Positions 46,405-49,933 of a stretch of 49,933 nucleotides of DNA are shown here, piece by piece. The position numbers and the translations under genes are program-made. The DNA is from Flavobacteriales bacterium (lineage in GTDB: Bacteria > Bacteroidota > Bacteroidia > Flavobacteriales_D > Sanyastnellaceae): positions 1 to 49,933 of the forward strand of contig CANGEF010000001.1 in NCBI GenBank assembly GCA_947452685.1, written 5' to 3'. Numbering within the stretch: position 1 is the stretch's first letter; each line of letters opens with the position of its first letter. The notes under the pieces are model-generated. The model was not told the DNA's origin. It did not search any database and was given only the letters and a program-made list of their open reading frames with translations.

Positions 46405-47796
46405 ATGAAAAAATCAATTTTGTTTTTCGCAATAGTGTCTTCGATGCTTGTAGGATGTTATCCTGGACCAGCCGGAGAGCTAGTAGGTGTTTACCCTCGC
46501 GAGGAGTGGGTTCAAGTGAATCCATACGGAATGAATTACATTCACTTCGGTTCCTTCACAATGGGAAACAATGACCGTGATCTTGCAGGAGGTATGACGG
46601 TAAAAGCAAAGACAGTTACCGTTTCTGCTTTTTACATGGATCAACATGAAATTTCAAACAATGAATACCGCCAGTTCGTTTATTGGGTGCGTGACTCTTT
46701 AATGAGAGACCAATTGGCACAAAACGAAATCGAAGGATTCGGAATTTCTGAACGTGAAGATGGTCGTGAAATGGATCGTTTCATCAACAAAGGTTACAAG
46801 CTCGATTGGGAAACAGAAATCGATATGGAAAACGATGAGATATTTGACATCGTTTATGACGAGTTCTATCTTCAAGGTGCCGATAAGTATTACGATCGTA
46901 AGGAAATAGATTCTCGTAAATTGAAGTACCGTTACTGGTGGATTGACTTCGAGGGTGCTGCAAAGAAAAAAGGGAATCGCGATGAAGAAACTGGCGAGAA
47001 GAACTCCTTGGATCAATTGCACTCAATTAAAATAAACTCAGACAGAACTAAGTTTGTAATCGAAGAACAAATCAATGTATATCCCGACACTTTGGTTTGG
47101 GCACATGATTTCACATACTCGAACAACACGCATTTAACTGAAACCTATTTCTGGCATCCGGCCTATGACGACTATCCAGTGGTAGGAGTTACTTGGGGTC
47201 AGTGTCAAGCTTTCTGCGCATGGAGAACTCAAATCTTGAATGAGTGGAAGCAGCAAAACGGTGAGACATTCGTTCAACGTTTCCGCTTGCCTTCAGAGGC
47301 AGAGTGGGAATATGCTTCTCGCGGTGGACTTTCAAACGAGGAGTATCCATGGGGAGGTCCTTACACACGTAACTACCTAGGTTGTCCATTAGCTAACTTC
47401 AAGCCTATGCGTGGTGATTATCCGGACGATAACGGAGTTCACACTGTTCCAATTGGATCATACTCTCCGAATGGATGGGGATTATACAACATGGCTGGAA
47501 ACGTAGCAGAATGGTGCAACACGGCTTATGATGAAGCAGCGTATGAGATTATGCACGACTTGAATCCGGAGTATGATTACCGTGCGAAAGAAGACGATGC
47601 TACAACACAAAAGCGTAAGGTAATTCGCGGAGGATCATGGAAAGACATTTCCTATTTCATCCAGTGCGGATCTCGTTCATACGAGTTCCAAGACACCGCT
47701 AAGTCATACATCGGCTTCCGTTGTGTAATGACTTATCTCGGTCGCGGAAAGAGTGGTCCTTCTGAAGACTGGAACAGTCCTTCAGGTGGCGAATAA
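46405..47796 (+). CDS. gldK: Gliding motility / T9SS lipoprotein GldK (PorK), FGE-sulfatase (SUMF1) fold
   Basis: Lipoprotein signal MKKSILFFAIVSSMLVGC. YPVVGVTWGQCQAFCAWR, EAEWEYASRGG and VIRGGSWKD. Confidence 0.9.
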   Translation: MKKSILFFAIVSSMLVGCYPGPAGELVGVYPREEWVQVNPYGMNYIHFGSFTMGNNDRDLAGGMTVKAKTVTVSAFYMDQHEISNNEYRQFVYWVRDSLMRDQLAQNEIEGFGISEREDGREMDRFINKGYKLDWETEIDMENDEIFDIVYDEFYLQGADKYYDRKEIDSRKLKYRYWWIDFEGAAKKKGNRDEETGEKNSLDQLHSIKINSDRTKFVIEEQINVYPDTLVWAHDFTYSNNTHLTETYFWHPAYDDYPVVGVTWGQCQAFCAWRTQILNEWKQQNGETFVQRFRLPSEAEWEYASRGGLSNEEYPWGGPYTRNYLGCPLANFKPMRGDYPDDNGVHTVPIGSYSPNGWGLYNMAGNVAEWCNTAYDEAAYEIMHDLNPEYDYRAKEDDATTQKRKVIRGGSWKDISYFIQCGSRSYEFQDTAKSYIGFRCVMTYLGRGKSGPSEDWNSPSGGE

Positions 47797-47844
47797 TTCA
47801 CAGAAACCAATTAAACCTCATAAATAACTTAAATTTTTAAATCA

Positions 47845-48636
47845 ATGAAACCTGGAAGTAAAGCTTGGAAAAATTTTATGGCAAAACTGTACGGAATCGG
47901 AGCAGCTGTCGTAATCGTTGGAGCGATGTTTAAAATTCAGCACTGGCCGTTTGCGTCTTTGCTACTTGTTGTGGGATTGAGTACTGAAGCTGTTATCTTC
48001 TTCTTCTCTGCATTTGAACCTTTACACGAAGAACCAGATTGGTCTTTGGTTTATCCAGAATTGGCTACACCAGAAGATGGTGAGCACGGGCATGGATCTA
48101 AAAAGCCAGCTGTTAACAAGGGTGTTTCTCAACAGTTAGATGCTCTTTTGAGTGAAGCAAAAATTGATGGTGATTTGATTTCTAGTCTTGGAGACGGAAT
48201 GAGAACATTTAGCTCGAATGCTCGTCAAATGGCAGACTCAACCGATGCAGCAATGGCAAGTTCAAACTATGCTTCTTCATTGCAAGATGCATCTGTGAAA
48301 GTTGCTAAATTGGCTTCGACCTATGAAGCTGCGTCAGAACAATTGACCGGTCTTGCAGCTCATTCAGAGCAAGGTGCAAACGCTGGAGAGCATTTACAAA
48401 AGATGTCGCAAAACCTTGCTGCATTGAATGGAATGTACGAACTACAATTATCAGAATTAGAGAAAACACGCGTTATGTTCGGCGATATGGGCGCATTGGT
48501 TAAAAACCTTGCAGACTCAGTTGAAGATACCAAGTTGTACAAAGAAAATATTTCTGAGCTTGCGCATAACTTGAAATCGTTGAACACGATCTATGCGAAC
48601 ATGTTGAATGCAATGGGCTCTGGCCGTCAAGCATAA
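47845..48636 (+). CDS. gldL: Gliding motility / T9SS motor protein GldL (PorL)
   Basis: N-terminus KAWKNFMAKLYGIGAAVVIVGAMFKIQHWPFA with two TM helices (the second contains the conserved Glu, LSTEAVIFFFSAFEP). A coiled-coil-like cytoplasmic tail. Confidence 0.85.
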   Translation: MKPGSKAWKNFMAKLYGIGAAVVIVGAMFKIQHWPFASLLLVVGLSTEAVIFFFSAFEPLHEEPDWSLVYPELATPEDGEHGHGSKKPAVNKGVSQQLDALLSEAKIDGDLISSLGDGMRTFSSNARQMADSTDAAMASSNYASSLQDASVKVAKLASTYEAASEQLTGLAAHSEQGANAGEHLQKMSQNLAALNGMYELQLSELEKTRVMFGDMGALVKNLADSVEDTKLYKENISELAHNLKSLNTIYANMLNAMGSGRQA

Positions 48637-48680
48637 GTTCCAAATTAAAATTGTTGTAATAATAAACAGGAGGAACTAAA

Positions 48681-49933
48681 ATGGCAGGTGGAAAAGAAAC
48701 CCCACGGCAGAAGATGATCGGGATGATGTATCTCGTTCTTACCGCACTTCTAGCCATGAATATTTCGAAGGACGTTTTGAACGCCTTCATTCAAATCAAC
48801 CGCGGATTGGTTAAAAACAGCGCTAACTCTGAGGAGCGTGCTGATGCGACGTTAGGATTATTAGACAATTGGAGTGACAAGGAAAAGGCTCGTCCTTTCC
48901 AAGACAAAGCACACGAAATGGTTGAAAAGGCCGATGCTTTGGTAAAACACATCATTGAATTGAAAGCTCACGTTTTGGCTAGCTCTGCAAAGGGTAGTCC
49001 AGAAGGTGAAGGATTCGAAGAGTACATTGTAGACGGACATTTGATTGACATCGGAGACAAAGAGAAAGTTTCTAAGCCAGATGAAAATCAAAATACCACT
49101 CACATGTTAATCGGAGACGAACCAGCAGCTCCAAAGGGTGGTGCTTGGTCGGCAGTTGAATTACGTGAGAAATTGACAGCCTTCTCGGAAGAATGTCAAA
49201 ATCTATCGGTAACTGACTTGAAAGGAAACGTTCACACGCTAGCGGATAGAGCCCCAGAGGCGAAGGCGCTTATTGCGAACACATTTGCTTTTGCAGATAT
49301 TCCAAACAGTGAAAAAGGTGAGCCAGATGAAAAGTGGGAAACTGCTTTGTTCTATCACACCCCATTGGCTGCGGTAATTGCGCACTTAAGTAAAATTGAG
49401 TCTGATGTTATCTTGGTGAAGAACACCGTGTTAAACTTCTTGGCTTCTTCTATCAACGCTTCCGATTTGAAATTCTCGGATGTAACGGTAGCTGTTGTTC
49501 CAAAACAAAGTTACATTTTGAAGGGAGACTCGTTTGTAGCAGAAATTTATTTAGCTGCCTACAACAAAGCGAGTAAAACCAAAGTGTACATGGGTGGTGA
49601 AGTGAGTGAAGGTGCAAAAGCTGAAGTTTTTGATTACTCTGGAAAAGAAGCGATTATGTCTGGAATGGACGGTAAGTGTAAATTCAAGATTAATGAAAGC
49701 GCACTTGGGTCTCACTCACACAAAGGGGTAATTGTATATCAAGATGCCGATGGTTCAGATAAAGCCATTCCTTTTATTATTCCTCCGTTCACGGTGGGTG
49801 AAGCAGCTTTGGTTGTTTCTCCAACTGCTATGATGGTGTTCTATGAGCGTGTAGAGAATCCAGTTGAGATTTCTGTTCCAGGTGTAGATGCAAGTCAATT
49901 GAGTGTGAGCATGAGCGGTGGTTCTATTTCTCC
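48681..49933 (+). CDS. gldM: Gliding motility / T9SS motor protein GldM (PorM), 5' partial (runs off window end)
   Basis: Not in the ORF track because it has no stop in the window. I translated it from the ATG at 48681: MAGGKETPRQKMIGMMYLVLTALLAMNISKDVLNAF, the canonical GldM N-terminus. The frame stays open for 417 codons to the window end. Confidence 0.85.
   Translation, partial: MAGGKETPRQKMIGMMYLVLTALLAMNISKDVLNAFIQINRGLVKNSANSEERADATLGLLDNWSDKEKARPFQDKAHEMVEKADALVKHIIELKAHVLASSAKGSPEGEGFEEYIVDGHLIDIGDKEKVSKPDENQNTTHMLIGDEPAAPKGGAWSAVELREKLTAFSEECQNLSVTDLKGNVHTLADRAPEAKALIANTFAFADIPNSEKGEPDEKWETALFYHTPLAAVIAHLSKIESDVILVKNTVLNFLASSINASDLKFSDVTVAVVPKQSYILKGDSFVAEIYLAAYNKASKTKVYMGGEVSEGAKAEVFDYSGKEAIMSGMDGKCKFKINESALGSHSHKGVIVYQDADGSDKAIPFIIPPFTVGEAALVVSPTAMMVFYERVENPVEISVPGVDASQLSVSMSGGSIS

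Overview
This is a densely packed chromosomal window of about 46 protein-coding genes from a Bacteroidota genome. Gene content points to a Flavobacteriia-like organism with gliding motility and a type IX secretion system (T9SS); the exact taxon cannot be fixed by eye. I saw no rRNA, tRNA, CRISPR array, transposase, integrase or obvious defence genes.

Minus strand, 40-9374: an envelope-biogenesis block of ppiD-like chaperone, CNNM/CBS hemolysin-family protein, small 2-TM ORF, LptC-like lipoprotein, beta-barrel, coaX, a T9SS type-B cargo and a FabK-like flavoenzyme.

9455-17451: a surface and redox block. It holds a DUF6089-like barrel, a GT2 glycosyltransferase carrying a 60-bp tandem duplication, a small barrel, an Omp28-like CXXC lipoprotein, a DUF6029-like barrel, a TlpA-like thioredoxin, a T9SS-secreted thioredoxin and a Cys-rich T9SS cargo.

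17525-27824: maeB, ruvA and the 2473-aa T9SS translocon gene sprA. These are followed by a VTC-domain/DUF4956 pair, a NeuB-like synthase, an M20 amidohydrolase, and a MacB-type ABC system whose permease has a His-rich insert.

34628-43926: groEL-groES, secG, a repeat-rich hypothetical, LptE-like lipoprotein, a sensor-less sigma-54 activator, miaB and topA.

44008 to the window end: an arginase-fold protein with degenerate metal ligands, then porP/sprF-gldK-gldL-gldM. gldM starts at 48681, runs off the window end, and is absent from the ORF track.

Nothing here is a clear-cut new system. The most unusual candidates are:
- the multi-compartment thioredoxin/beta-barrel cluster (11331-17451);
- the bacterial VTC + DUF4956 module next to sprA;
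- the apparently ligand-deficient arginase-fold gene heading the gldKLM locus;
- the His-rich MacB-type transporter;
- two in-frame tandem-repeat expansions.

All family assignments rest on motif recognition by eye and need HMM or BLAST confirmation.
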